DNA from: Geosiphon pyriformis uo1
Taxonomy: Eukaryota; Fungi; Glomeromycota
Length of the DNA: 64,000 nt
Assembly (NCBI GenBank): GCA_016748015.1
Contig: JAAOMT010000134.1
Span: 1,122,757 to 1,186,756, forward strand
Direction: 5' to 3'
The translations under genes were made by a program, and so were the position numbers. The notes below the pieces were generated by a model. It worked only from the letters and a program-made list of their open reading frames with translations. It did not search any database and was not told the DNA's origin. This document shows positions 1 through 12,578 of this stretch, in pieces (position 1 is the first letter of the stretch; each line of letters starts with the position of its first letter).

Positions 1-856
1 AGTGGATGCAGAATCTATTGCCGAATTTGTCTATCAAGATCTGATTTGTCGACATGGATGTACAAAAGAACTATTATCAGACCAAGGAACCCATTTTGTA
101 AATAAAACATTAGCAAAACTAAGCCAAAGATTCGGAATTAAGAGACCACTATCATCACCATACCATCTATAAACCAATGGATTAGTTGAAAAATTTAATA
201 GAACATTGTGTGAAGCAATAGCAAAACTCAGCCAAAAAAACCAGGACAAATGGGATTTGTTCATATCATCAGTATTATTTGCTTATCAAACAATGAAGCA
301 AGACACCACACAAGCAACACCATTTGAATTGATATATGGTAGAACAGCAACATTACCAGTTAAGATAAAGATTAACACATATCTAACTGAACCAATAACA
401 GAAAAAAATTTCCAAGAAACATTGTTAAGAAGAACATATGACTTAATGGAAACATTAGAAAACAAATAAAGAAGAGCAGCTAATAACATACAAAAGTCAC
501 AAGAGAAACAGAAAGAAAGACATGATAATTAACTACCAGACAAACCAGTTGAATTCAAGATTGGAGACAAAGTATTCTTATATTGTACCAAAGCAAAAAA
601 ACAATGAAGTGGAAAATTTGATAAACCATTTCACATAGAAGAAATTCTAGGGAATGGAGCTTACAAATTAAGACTGGATAACAAAATCTTAACCAAAGCA
701 GCACATGGAGATCAACTGAAACCATACCACAACATCACACTACCATCTACTAGTAATATTTCACAATTAGGAGTACAGAAGATACTAGTCCAACCAGAAG
801 AAATTTCACGAGATCTAGAACCAATCATCATCATTGACAACAACACATTAAATTAA
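1..856 (+). pseudogene. Gypsy integrase, C-terminal half (degenerate)
   Basis: Reads LSDQGTHF...YHLxTNGLVEKFNRTL...WDLFISSVLFAY...TPFELIYGR...FKIGDKV, with internal stops. No chromodomain seen. Confidence 0.92.
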
Positions 857-880
857 TCCATCAAAAGAATATATAAAAAC

Positions 881-1540
881 ATGGTAGACGCGACAAGAAA
901 TATCAGAAAAATAGAAATTACAGACAACATCCACTCACTAGCACAACAACTCTTTCAATTGATTCAACACCAAGAGATGTAAATTACAATTAATCAACAA
1001 ACCATCCGATATTAAGACACTAGAAAGACATTGCCACATAGAACACAGAAGAAAACAGAAAATACTATTGACAAAATCATTGTAAAAGTAAAATTAGCAA
1101 TAAAAGAGTTGACAAAAGAGTTACTATACCAAAAATTAACTAAAGAAACTTGGAATTGGTGAATACAACAATTTTCAAGAAACTATTGTTATTTTTATTT
1201 GAGACAACATGTAAATATTCAGAATCTATATATGGATAAAACAAAGCAATTATTTGATACAAAAATACTACAACAATTAGAATATTTTGTGGGAAAGAAC
1301 AACTTATCTATACAGGCCCAAGCCATATACCAAATACATACAGCATTTCAGGATCAATCAGAAATCTTACTTAACAAAGCAATGGATATGGTTACCAGTA
1401 ATCAATTAGGAAAGATCACCAATGCTTAATTTGAAGAATTACAGACTCAAATAACACAAGTAATTCTCGAAAATGAAATTCAGGAAATACTTCAAGAAGA
1501 GGAATTAACAGAGTTAGATTTTAATAGAGCTCAATATTAA
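881..1540 (+). pseudogene. Extra 3' ORF (ORF3) of Gypsy A, ~219 aa, unknown function
   Basis: ATG at 881 to TAA at 1538-1540 is 660 nt in one frame, broken only by point stops. It ends ELDFNRAQY* and has homologues in copies B and C. Confidence 0.8.
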
Positions 1541-1550
1541 AAGGAGGGAA
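1539..1550 (+). other. Polypurine tract of Gypsy A
   Basis: AAAAGGAGGGAA ends 3 nt before the LTR TG. Confidence 0.9.
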
Positions 1551-1553
1551 TAA

Positions 1554-2380
1554 TGTTACTCATAGAAATATAGGGAATATATATATTAGCATAGTTATTA
1601 ACCAATCAAAAGTAGACGTAGTAAAATGTGGAATTCCAGGATTCCTCTCAGGAATTGCAGGATTCCAGAAATCCCAGGATTCCTCTCAAAGGAATTGCAG
1701 GATTCCAGAAATCCCAGAATTCCTGTTGTGAAGAATTGAGGAATTGAAGAATCTCAATTATGTATATATAACAGTAGAATTAGAAGCTAAAAAAAAGACA
1801 GACCTCTTAGTTTAGATTTTATCTAGACAACTTTCCAAACCACAAATAAATAACTGTTTGTTATCTCAAACCTGCTGCCACTATCAACACTTCATGTTGA
1901 TAGTAATTGATACTTAACCACGCTGGAACAATAGCTCTTAATTATGGCTATTGATGAAATACTAACTTGTAAACTGTCTTGGCTTATTTCTTTTTATTTT
2001 TATTTTTTTATTTCTTGCTTTGATTTTATTGTTGTTTACTAACTCTATTGAGGATTAACGCATGGGGTACTGATGTCAGGATAAACGTAACTGGTAAAAG
2101 ACCCAGAAATAAGAGTAGAACACTCAATTGAGGATAGCTTACCAAGAGGAATACTGGCCATCAAGCTGAGAAAAAAATTGATGAAACTGCGGTTTCGGGA
2201 AGCTATGGATAAAACTATTACCATTGAATCTCTGTCCATTATACAAAAAACTCAACCAAACCCTTCAAATACAAATTTTTCAGACACAAACCTTCAGATC
2301 ACTATTAATTGCAATTAGATTTAAACACCAAGTTATGGGTTTGTTATTTAATCCAACACCAGAAATAGTCACCTGTAATA
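1554..2380 (+). repeat. 3' LTR of Gypsy A (827 bp)
   Basis: Starts TGTTAC and ends GTAATA (CA>TA). U3 carries GGAATTCCAGGATTCC-type tandem repeats at ~1629-1750. Confidence 0.92.
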
Positions 2381-2788
2381 GTAGTTAAGTATTAATTACC
2401 ATCAACATAAAGTGTTAATAGTGGAGAGTAAATTGAGATAGTGAATAATTATTTATTGATATTTGTGATGTGGAAGGTTTCTAACTGATAGATTCTGCTC
2501 TTTCTACTTTTAATGCTACTACTATATATACATAATTGATGTTTTACAAGATCACTCACATTCCTGAGTAATGTGCTATAATTTCTTGAGCAATGTGTCA
2601 TATTTTTTTGACATTGCTCTACATTGCTGAGCGATGTGTCTTGATTTCTGATATTGCTCCACATTGTTGAGCAATGTGCTATAATTTCTAACATTGCTCT
2701 ATATTGTTGAGCAATATGCTCATGTGCTAATTACTACTTGCTTATTGGTCTACTATTTTCTATAACTGTTTTCTTTTTATGAGTAACA
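2381..2788 (-). repeat. U3 half of a B-type LTR interrupted by Gypsy A
   Basis: Colinear with ~3716-4147 and has the CATTGCTGAGCAATG repeats. Ends GAGTAACA at 2788 with no PPT after it, so it is a 5' or solo LTR. Confidence 0.85.
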
Positions 2789-3280
2789 TTATATAAGTAA
2801 TGAATCTCTTAGCTGTAGAAAAGCATGTAAAAATCAAGAAAATCAAATAAATAAAATAACAATTTTCATCTCAATCATACTTTTATTGCTAATTTTTTTT
2901 CCTACCTTCAAATATCTGAACATTTTGGAATAAAAGATCACTTGTTGGTTATTTTTTACCTTTTCTTGAAACATGTAATTGCAGCATTTGAAGATTATTG
3001 AATAAAATGTGACTGAAGAGTACATCTGATATCTGATATTGAATTCTAAGAGTGCCAATATGAGGTATAGAATTATACCAATATGTGATTATTTGTTGAC
3101 AATACAAACTATCTTTTTACCTTCAAATTTTCCGGTTATCTTAGAAAAGTATAGTGACTGAGATATTTTATGAGACTAATCTTGCATATTGAATCTATAC
3201 TTATTCAATTCACTCTTTGAAGTTGAATTCCCTTTGATTTCTTTCATCATTCTATAATTTTGTTCTCCCTTATTATCTAT

Positions 3281-4147
3281 TGTTACAGGTGTTTACTTGG
3301 TTGTTGGAGTAAATAACAAATCCATAACTTGGTGTTCAAGACTGTTGTCAATGATGGAAATCTGAAGGTGGGTTTATCTAAAGGTTTTGGTTGAGTTCTT
3401 TGTATAATGGACAGAGATTCAGTGATAATAGTTTTATCTGTAGCTTTCTGAAACCGCAGTTTCATCAATTTTTTTCTCAGTGTGATGGCTGGTGTTTTTC
3501 CTGGTAAGCTAACTTCAATCAAGTGTCCTACTCTTATTTCTGGGTCTTTTACCAGTGCTATATACTGATGTCAGTACTCCGTGCGTTAATCCTTAATAGA
3601 GTTAGTAATAACAACAATTAAGATAAGAAAATAAAAGAAATAACATAAAATAAGCCAAGGCAATGAACAAATTGATATCCTGTCAATAGCCATGATCAAG
3701 AGCTATTGGTCCAGTGTGGTTATGTATCAATGATTATCAATATGAAGTGTTGATAGTGGAGAGTGGAATTGGATGGTGAATGATTTTTATTTATTTATTA
3801 TTTGTGAATGGAAGATTTTTAACTAATGGATTCTTCTCTTTCTACTTCTACCACTACTACTATATATATATGATTAATGTTTTATAAGATTGCTTATATT
3901 CCCGAATGATGTGCTATGATTTTTGAGCAATGTTCACATTGCTGAACAATGTGCTCTAATTTTCTAACATCGTTCCACATTGTTGAGCAATGTGCCATGT
4001 TTTCTGACATTGCTCCACATTATTAAATAATGTGCTATAATTTCTGACATTGCTCCACATTGCTGAGCAATGTGTTCACATGCTAAATACTATTCTTTTA
4101 TTGGTCCACTATTTTCTATATCTGTTTTCTTTCTTTTATGAGTAATA
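3281..4147 (-). repeat. 3' LTR of Gypsy B (867 bp)
   Basis: On +: TGTTACAGG...GAGTAATA. Palindromic CATTGCTGAGCAATG repeats at ~3905-4082; adjacent to the PPT. Confidence 0.95.
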
Positions 4148-4150
4148 TTA

Positions 4151-4162
4151 TCTCCTCCTTTT
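4151..4162 (-). other. Polypurine tract of Gypsy B
   Basis: Reverse complement is AAAAGGAGGAGA, 3 nt from the LTR. Confidence 0.9.
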
Positions 4163-4796
4163 AATATTGAGCTCCATCGAAATCTTTGTTTTGAATTAAT
4201 TTTAATACTTTTTTTTCAAGTATTGTTTGTTTGACTTTGTTCTTCACGTCTTCTACTTGTGTATTGTTCATTCTTCCCTATTGGTTAATAGTTATGATTT
4301 CTATGTTAAAGTGTAACAGTATTTCTGAATAGTTTTGAAATATGTTGTGCAGTCAGTAAATTGTTTTCACATGCAGTATTGAGTTTGTCTTTTTCTCAAT
4401 AAATTTTTCAATTTGTTGTATTATGTTTTGGTTAAATATCTTCTTGGATTTGTTGATATACAACTCTTGAATATTTAACTTCTAACCTAACTGGTAGTAA
4501 CAGTATAATATTGGAAGTTGTTTTGTCCATTGCTTTCAATTCTCTTTTGTAAATTCTTCTGTTGGTGCCATAATAGGTATTTTTCCAAAAGTGTTCTTTA
4601 CTTTTTTTATTATGTTATCTGATCTGTTTTTATTATTTTTTGGTAACTGCTAATATAGTGTATTCTTTGTCTTACTTTTAGTGTTTCAATAGCAAATTGT
4701 TTGGTTGTTAACAATAATTTCCAAGTCTGAAGCTTGTTGACTTAAAGCCTGGAATAACTGTTGAGCTATGATGTGAATATGATCTGGTATTTCCAT
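4161..4796 (-). pseudogene. Extra 3' ORF (ORF3) of Gypsy B, divergent homologue
   Basis: MEIPDHIHIIAQQLFQ...NKDFDGAQY*, a 636-nt span with point stops. The stop codon overlaps the PPT. Confidence 0.75.
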
Positions 4797-4855
4797 TTTC
4801 TTGGTTGCTTTTGTTACATATACTGTGTTTTTATATACTCTTTTATTGTTTGATT

Positions 4856-6232
4856 TTACATGTTTGATCCAATAATTATGATTGGTTTCAGATCTCATGG
4901 AATCTCATCTGGTTGGACTAGTATTTATTGTATTCTTAATTATGGAATGTTATTGGTGGATGATGATGCTATTTGGTAATATGGTTTCAATTGAATACCA
5001 TGTGCTGCTTTGGCTAAAATTTTGTTGTCCTATCTTAATTTATAAGCTCCATTTCCAAGAATTTTTTTTATATGAAATAGTCCGTCCCATTTGGGGTCAA
5101 ATTTTCCACTCCATTGTTTTTCTGCTTTGGTATGATGTAAAAGTACTTTGTCTCTAATCTTGAATTCAACTGGTTTGTCTGGTAGTTGCTTATTATGTCT
5201 TTTTTTTTGTTTTTTTTGTGACTTTTGGATGTTATCAGCTGCTTTTCATTGTCTGTTTTCTAGTGTTTCTATTAAGTTATATGTTCTTTTCAACAAAGTT
5301 TCTTGGAAATTATCTTCTGTTATTGGTTCGGTTAGATATGTATTGATCTCTATCTTAACTGGTAATATTGCTGTTCTACCATATACTAATTCAAATGGTG
5401 TTGCTTGTGTAGTGTCTTGCTTTATTGTTCGATAAGCAAATAATACTGATAATATGAACAAATCTTATTTGTCCTGGTTTTTTTGGCTGAGTTTTGCTAT
5501 TGCTTCACACAATGTTCTATTAAATCTTTCAACTAATCCATTGGTTTGTAAATGGTATGGTAATGATACTGGTTTTTTAATTCCAAATTGGTGACTTAAT
5601 TTTGCTAATGATCTGTTTACAAAGTGAGTTCCTTGATCTGATAGTAGTTTTTTTGGACATCCATGTTGACAAATCAAATCTTGATAAACGAATTTGGCAA
5701 TGAATTCTGCATCTGCTCTTTGAATGGCTTTTGCTTTTGGTCATTTTGTGAGATAATTCATGGCTACTGCAATATATCTGTTGTCTCTGCTGGTAATTGT
5801 TAATAATCCAACTAAGTCAATTCCAATATGATCAAATAGTTGTCCTACTTTGATTGGTCTTAATGGTTCACTGGGTTTTGTTTCATCTCTTCTCTAACAA
5901 ACATCACAATTCTGAACATATTAAATAATATCTGGATATATTAATGGCCAATAGTATCTTTTTCTTGTTCTTTCCATGGTTGTTTCTTTATGAAAATGTC
6001 CTGCTGTTGAATCTGAATGCATGTTGAATAATATTGTCTCTTTCTTTGGTTCTGTGGCAACTCTTATTGGTTGATTTGGATTTCTTCTGTTTTTTTGGTA
6101 AAATATATCTTTATAATTAATAAAATATTTTGATTGTTGTTTGATATTATTTCACTCATTTTGAGATAATTTCTTCTTAAACTGTTAAGTATTTATATAA
6201 TGTTGTAGTTGTTGATATTTTTGTATGTTCAT
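4856..6232 (-). pseudogene. Gypsy B integrase as a separate ORF (~459 codons)
   Basis: Own ATG (MNIQKYQQL) 29 nt after the RNase H stop. HHCC (MHSDSTAGHF...CDVC), D,D35E core and KWDGL (GPY/F) motif. Confidence 0.88.
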
Positions 6233-6261
6233 CTTTTGTTATATTTTTGTATTGAGATGTT

Positions 6262-9200
6262 TTAGATTTGTTTTATTTGCAACAAACTGTCAGCATTTCT
6301 ATTGTCTTTTTTCTTTTTATAATGTATAGTGTAAGTATATGGTGATAGTGCTATTTTCTATCTTGATTGTCTTCTATCTTCAAATTCTTGTTTATGAAGT
6401 GCTGTTAATTTCTTGTGATCTGTGTATACATCAAACTTCTGGCTCAAGTATTCGCTCTATTTCATGACTGCCCAATAAATTGCTAAGTGTTTTAATTCTG
6501 GTGTTCCATAATTTCTTTCAGCTGGAGTTAAACCTTGGCTGGCATATGCAATTGGATGTTTTCTTCCATCCGGTCCTCTCTGTGATAGTACTGCTCCCAA
6601 TGCTTGGCCTAATGTATCAGTGGTAATGATGAATAGTTTGTTGTAATCTGGATATATCAGTACTGGAGCTTGTATAAGCTTTCTTCTCAGAATATCAAAA
6701 GCTTCTTGTTGTGCTTCTGTTTATTTATATTTCACATTTTTGGTTTGGAGATGATTGAGTGGTTAAGCTATCTTGGAAAAGTTTTTGATAAAGCGTCAAT
6801 AATAGTCTGCAAATTCCAAAAATAATTTTAACTCTGTCACATTGGTTGGTACTGGAAAGTTCTTGACTATTTCTATCTTTTCTGGATCTATTTTGATGCC
6901 ATCTTTGCTTACTATGTGTTCTAAAAAGTTTAATTCTGTCTTGCCAAAAAAGCACTTATTGGTGTTTAACTTTAGCTCTGCTTGTTGTAGCCTTTTGAAC
7001 ACTTGTTGTAGATAATGCAAATGATTATCGAATGTTTTGGAGAACACATTGGTGTCATCTAAATAAACAACTACTGATTTCCACAACAAGCTGATATATA
7101 CTATTTCTATTAGCCATTGGAATATGGCTGGCATATTTGTTAAGCCGAATGGCATCACTTCGAATTTAAAATTTCTCTCCTGTGTTGTGAATGTGGTTTT
7201 TTCTTTGTCTACTGGATTCATGACTATTTGCTAATAACCACTATTTAAATCCAATGTTGAGAACCATTTGTTTCCCCCGAAAGCATCAAATAATTCCTGA
7301 ATTTGTGGAATTGGATAGCTGTTTCCATGCATGACTCCATTAAGTTTTCTGTAGTCTATGCAAAGTAAATTTTCCCATTCTTTTTTCAGCGAGTACTACT
7401 GGTAATGACCATGGACTCATTGATGGCTGAATTAGCCTGTTGTCAAGCATCTGGTTGATTTCTTGATAAATGATCTTATGGCTGACAGGTAGTACTCTGT
7501 ATGCTTGTTGTTTTATTGGCATAGCATTTTCAGTTTTGATCTGGTGTTGAATAATGTCAGTTCTGCCAAATTTATTCTTGCTGGCAAAGATGTCATTGAA
7601 CTTGTTAAGCAACATCTTTAGCTGCATGTGCTGAAGTGGGTCTAAATTCCCCATGTTTATTTGTTCTAATTGTTCTGGTTGGAGCAAATAACATTCATTT
7701 CGTTTATATATTGTTTGTGATATAATGTCAACATATCCACAAAGCTGTGGAAAGTCTGGAATGGGGTTTGGTGGTTGGTCCTCTATTTCAGTAGTTAAAT
7801 GTCCTATGATGGTTCCTTTTGGTATCTCTATAATTTTTTCAGTGTTGTTGTAAATAGGAATTTTAATATGGCTGTAGTTTCTGGCTAGTATGTGGAGATT
7901 AATAAGTCCAATTTCTCCTGATTTACAACATGCTGCTTCTGCCTCAAAAATCTGGTTCTGATCTTTCACTTTCCTTTTTATGACTACCATATACTGGTCA
8001 TATGATGGAATGAAAATTGGTTGACTGGTGGAAATAATTTCTCCCTTGTCAATAATCCTTTCTTCCATCATATTAACTGGTATATCTACTCTACTCATTA
8101 ATCCAAATCCCTGTATCCCTCTTGCTGTTATTCCTAATTTTTTCCTATTTCCTACTGATACTAATTGAGCTATTTTGACCAGAGGCAGGAATATTGCCTG
8201 CACTATCTTTTTGTTTGGCTCTATTACATAGGCCTTTTCTGAATTGTTTTGTAACATAGTAATGATATTTTTCACATATTTTGTGTCAATTATTCTTTCT
8301 CTGATGTTAATTCCTCTTTTTGATAGACTACTTCTAGATGCTAGTTGAACCATTGTGGTTGCTGGAATTTCCAGTGCTATTTTTAGATCAATGCAAGTGC
8401 ACAAATGTGGTTCTAATTTGATGGCATCTTTTCCAGGATATCTCAGATCAAATCCTGCATTAGTATTATGCACATGTTCTGACATGATACCTTCATTATT
8501 GTTGCTGAACCATTTTAGTTCCTGCTTTTTGGTGAGGTCAGGAAGTGTGATATATTGTTCGTAGTTTGAATTAGAGTTTGAATTGGAGTTTGAATTTGAG
8601 TTGGAATCATTGTCATTGTTATTGCTATTTTGAATGGAGCTGGAACTGTTATTTTTGTCATCATTGTTGTCGGAGTTTGAGTCAGGATTGAAAATTGATT
8701 CTAATTCTGATGTGCAGCTGCTGATTGGTTCTTCTTCTTCTAGGATTGTGTAGATCATGCAGATCAGTGGGTTGTAAATGAAATCATACTTATTACAATA
8801 TTGAAAGTCACATGGAATCAAACAGTGGTCACATAATTGAGTGTTTAACTGTGCTAGCTGCTGCTCCTGCTTTTTTCTTGTTAGTGCTAATCTTTGGTAG
8901 TGCTCATGGAATTCTTTGGGATTGTCCTTAACATTGCCAAAGATGTTAAATATTTGGATGTACTCAGGTTCAGGTAGCAACAGAGAATTGTTCTTTATTT
9001 CCAGTAATTTATTGATTGTTGTGCTTTTTGCTTTTGCACTTGCCATTCTCCAGAATTCATGCTTATCATGTAGGTATTCTTCCAATAATCACAATGCTCA
9101 TTTTCAGGCATTGTTGATTGGTGTTCCTTTGTGTACTTAGTCATTGATTAGGATTGTATACTGGCAGGTTTCATCACATGTTCCTTCATGCCCAAGAATG

Positions 9201-12200
9201 TCGTTCCACATTCCTTCATCCAGAAAGATCTCTCTACAAGCTAAACATGGGGTATTATCCTATTTTTTCACTTGTTTTGGTCGTTCAAAACATTCTAGAA
9301 CATATGCTTGGCAGTAAAATTTGGGCACTATTAAGTATTCCTCATTGTCGCCACAGCATGTGCCCATTGATAACAATTTTTTGTCACAATTAATGCATAT
9401 AAGCTTTGGTCAATGATAGTTAGAGGGTTATAGTGGTGTATATTGATGAGAGGTATAATTGTTGGTGAGTAGTAACTCTTTTTCCTTCACTTTTCTTTTT
9501 CTTTTGCTGTTCTTTTTTCATTTCCAGCTTGGTGTTGGTTTGCTTTTGTCATTGTCAGTCCAGTTCAGGTCATCAGTTTCCCAGATAAGTTTTTCTCTTT
9601 GTTTTCCTTTGGTGTTGTCATCCCACAAAAGTATCAGCAGCAGTTCATTATGATCGTTGTCAGTTCACAAGACTTGATAGGCTTTCTAGGTAGGTTTTTT
9701 CTCTTCTTTCTCAAACTTGATGAATGGTGCTAATATGTTGATGGTCTTGAAGTGGCCACACATGGCTGGTACACATGTATGTCAATTATTTTGGTTGAGT
9801 TGGAGCTCTTGCATTGTCCAATCCAGTATGGCATTTGTTTTAGTAAGCCAGTCATTACCAACTAGTGCTTGGTATTAAGTGGCTTCTATCACCAAAACTT
9901 TGATAGGGACTATAATGTTATTGACTTCAAAAAGGAAGTCATCAATCTCGCCAATAAGAGTTTTGGTTGCTCCATTGGCTGTGATGATCCTTGCACTGGC
10001 AGCTCAGTCAACTTGGTGACTTAATTGATCCATGAGTTGTTTGGTGATGATGCTGCCAGCTGATCTACTATCTAAAATCAGTTTGATATACTGACCATCA
10101 ACTTTGGCATCAGTATACATCATAGTTATTGGTTTGGTGTCCAGAGCAGCTCTACTAAATAATAGAACTAATGTGATTTCTTCAAGTTCAAATGGGAATA
10201 TGGCAGCAAGTGATTCGTCTTTGGTGCTGGCAGTTGGTGGAATGTTGTAAGTAAGTGGTTTCTGGTTGGTTTTCTGTTTGCTGAATGCAGCATCTTCTAA
10301 GGTAACCAGAAAACTTAAGTAGTTCTGAGAACTCAGGTTTTGGTTATATCTAGTTCCTGAATTCCACTGGTGTGATTCTGATGGTTAATTTGATGAACTG
10401 GGGATCAGTTAGTGAACCACTATTGCTGATCTCCAGTTTTGGATTACTTGGGATTTGGGGTTTTCAGATGTTATTGTAGATGGGTTTTGGAGTGGTATTT
10501 GAATTGATTGTTGTGATTGATAGACTATTTGTGGTTGTGGTTGATATATTATGGATGGCTGCAGTTGATATAATTAAGGCTGATATACTGGTGTTTGATA
10601 AATTGGTGGCATTATTGGCAAGTAAGCAGATTGATATTGATTTTGATTTGAGTAATAATTCGGAGTTGGGAACTGGTGATTGGGATTCCAATATTGATTT
10701 TCCGATCATGAATTACTATAAGCATGGCAATTGGCTCTAATGTGACCTTGTTTACCACAGTTGTGGCAGATTTGCATTTCTTGTTGCCACAGCTGATTTA
10801 TTAATGATAATGAATGCGACTGATTTTGGAAACAATTCACGTTTTCCTAATTATTACATTGTTGAGGAGGCTGATAAATTGGGTGATTGTCAGCTAAGTA
10901 TCTCTCTAATTTCTGATTAATAGAATCACTGAATTGTTTCAGTTTAGAATTCAAGTTAGATGATCCATTCATTACTAAATTCACAGTTTGGGCATGGTTG
11001 GCTTTTAATTCAGCAGCTTCAAAATTTCTAGCATAAGTAACTACAGTAGAAAGGTCTACTAGATGTATTGGATGTACTCATTGGAGGATGCTGCTGTGTA
11101 AGCCTCTAATGAACTGATTTAAAATTTGTGGTGCTGTAAAGTAATCAGCTTGGATAGCTTGAATTTGGCGCAGATTTCTGTGGAAGCATTCCAAGTAAGT
11201 GGTGACTGTTTCTGTGTCCTCTTGTTTTAGGGTGGTAAAAGTACTTGCCAGGCAGTTGATGCTGTTATTATCACTGAAATATCTTAGGAATTCTATTTTA
11301 AATGCATTAAAATTTTGGGGTTTTTGGGCCAAGCTATAATACCATGAGTTGACAGTATTTTTTAAAAAATATGAGATGACTTGCATTGTTCTTGCATCAT
11401 CCCAATTATTTGCAGTGATGGCTTTGGTGACATCATTGATCCATGTCTGGGCATTGTCCTCTTTGCCGGTGAACTTCTCAAGTTTTGCAATTGGTGTCAA
11501 AGCCATTAGTGCAATTGGTGCTGTTGTTGTATTGGTGGTTGAAGCTGTTGTTGCAGTTGCTGAACTGGTTGCTAGATAAGTTGCTGTAGTGGTGGCTGTT
11601 AAAAGGGTATTTGCTGTTGTTAAATCAGTTCAATAATTGGTTCAATTGGTGGCTGATCAATAACAATATTCGGAAGTAAGTTGTGTTGATTAATTAAGTT
11701 GGGGTTTCGGTTGTTTTGATTTGGCAGAGTTTCGATTTCTGGATTTTAATCTTGCTGAGTCTTAAAATTCGGGATCCCAATATCTGGGTTCTCAGTAATT
11801 GGGTTCTGATATATGAATTCTTGATCTTCAGATTCTTCTTCCTCTTCTTTTTCTTGTTTTTTTTCCGATTTGGTTGGTTCTCATGGATCAGTAATTCCGA
11901 AATTTGGTTGAGGTGGTGGTAATTAAACTTCTGATAGCATTGGTGATCTCAATTTGAATTTCTTGAAGTATGCGCCATATGGTCTTAATAGATCTTTTTT
12001 TTTTGTTTACTTTGAAATGGAAATTGTCCAAATGTTGATGTTATGTTTGATGTAGACATGCCTGCTAATGCGATATTAATGGCATTTCTAGGAGTATAAT
12101 GATATGATGAATTTGTAAGTAATTTAATTCTGTGTTTCTTTTAAGTAAGTGGTTGGATCTGTTGAAGTGTTACTGCTGGTGTTTGTAATTTTTCTTTGCC

Positions 12201-12575
12201 TTTACTGACATAAGTGATTAGGTATCTTTGTTATGTATAATGTTCAATTTTTTTATTAATCTCAGTGATGATGGATGTAAAATTATAATTTGTTGGTAAG
12301 CTGGTGTTTTGGATTAATTTGTGGTAAAAAGTTTCTATCACTGATTCAGTGTTTATTGGTGTTTCTAACAAATAGGCAATTTTTTTGTTGACATAAAAAT
12401 TGAAGGCTGATTCTGTTGATATCTGATTGTGGTTCAATCCCAAGTATTAACAGTAGTGTTAAAATAAAAATTTCACAAATCCTAAATGGTTTGCTCCTAT
12501 ACTTTCTGATTCTGCCACTGTTGATTTATTTGTTGGTACTAGTTTTCTGTAAGATTATACTTCACAGGAAGCACC
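6262..12575 (-). pseudogene. Gypsy B Gag-protease-Cys-rich-dUTPase-RT-RNase H polyprotein (degenerate)
   Basis: Retrotransposon-gag-like capsid (11078-11506), CHNCGKQGH knuckle (~10735-10770), protease LILDSRSAGS, dUTPase, RT (VMPFGL, YLDD) and RNase H (TDTLGQALGAVLSQ...VYTDHK). Confidence 0.93.
8090..8470 (-). pseudogene. dUTPase domain within Gypsy B Pol
   Basis: Motifs AGFDL, ASRSS, IIDTKY (IIDAGY in C), KIVQAIF and RGIQGFG match the five trimeric dUTPase motifs. Confidence 0.9.
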
Positions 12576-12576
12576 A
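12561..12576 (-). other. Primer-binding site of Gypsy B
   Basis: TGGTGCTTCCTGTGAA, 2 nt inside the 5' LTR end. Confidence 0.88.
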
Positions 12577-12578
12577 AA

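Larger units (their letters stand above)
1..2380 (+). mobile_element. Ty3/Gypsy LTR retrotransposon copy A, 3' portion (5' part outside window), inserted into another LTR
   Basis: Integrase core, extra ORF, PPT and a 3' LTR (TGTTACTCATAG...CCTGTAATA), all homologous to copy C. The sequence after 2380 resumes in the middle of a B-type LTR. Confidence 0.93.

Noticed and set aside
2789-3276. Possible gene relic between LTRs
   Set aside because: Short interrupted frames with no recognisable motif.
2560-4082. CRISPR-like palindromic repeat arrays (also 13070-13252, 1629-1750)
   Set aside because: No unique spacers and no cas genes; the arrays sit inside LTR U3 regions of a eukaryotic genome.
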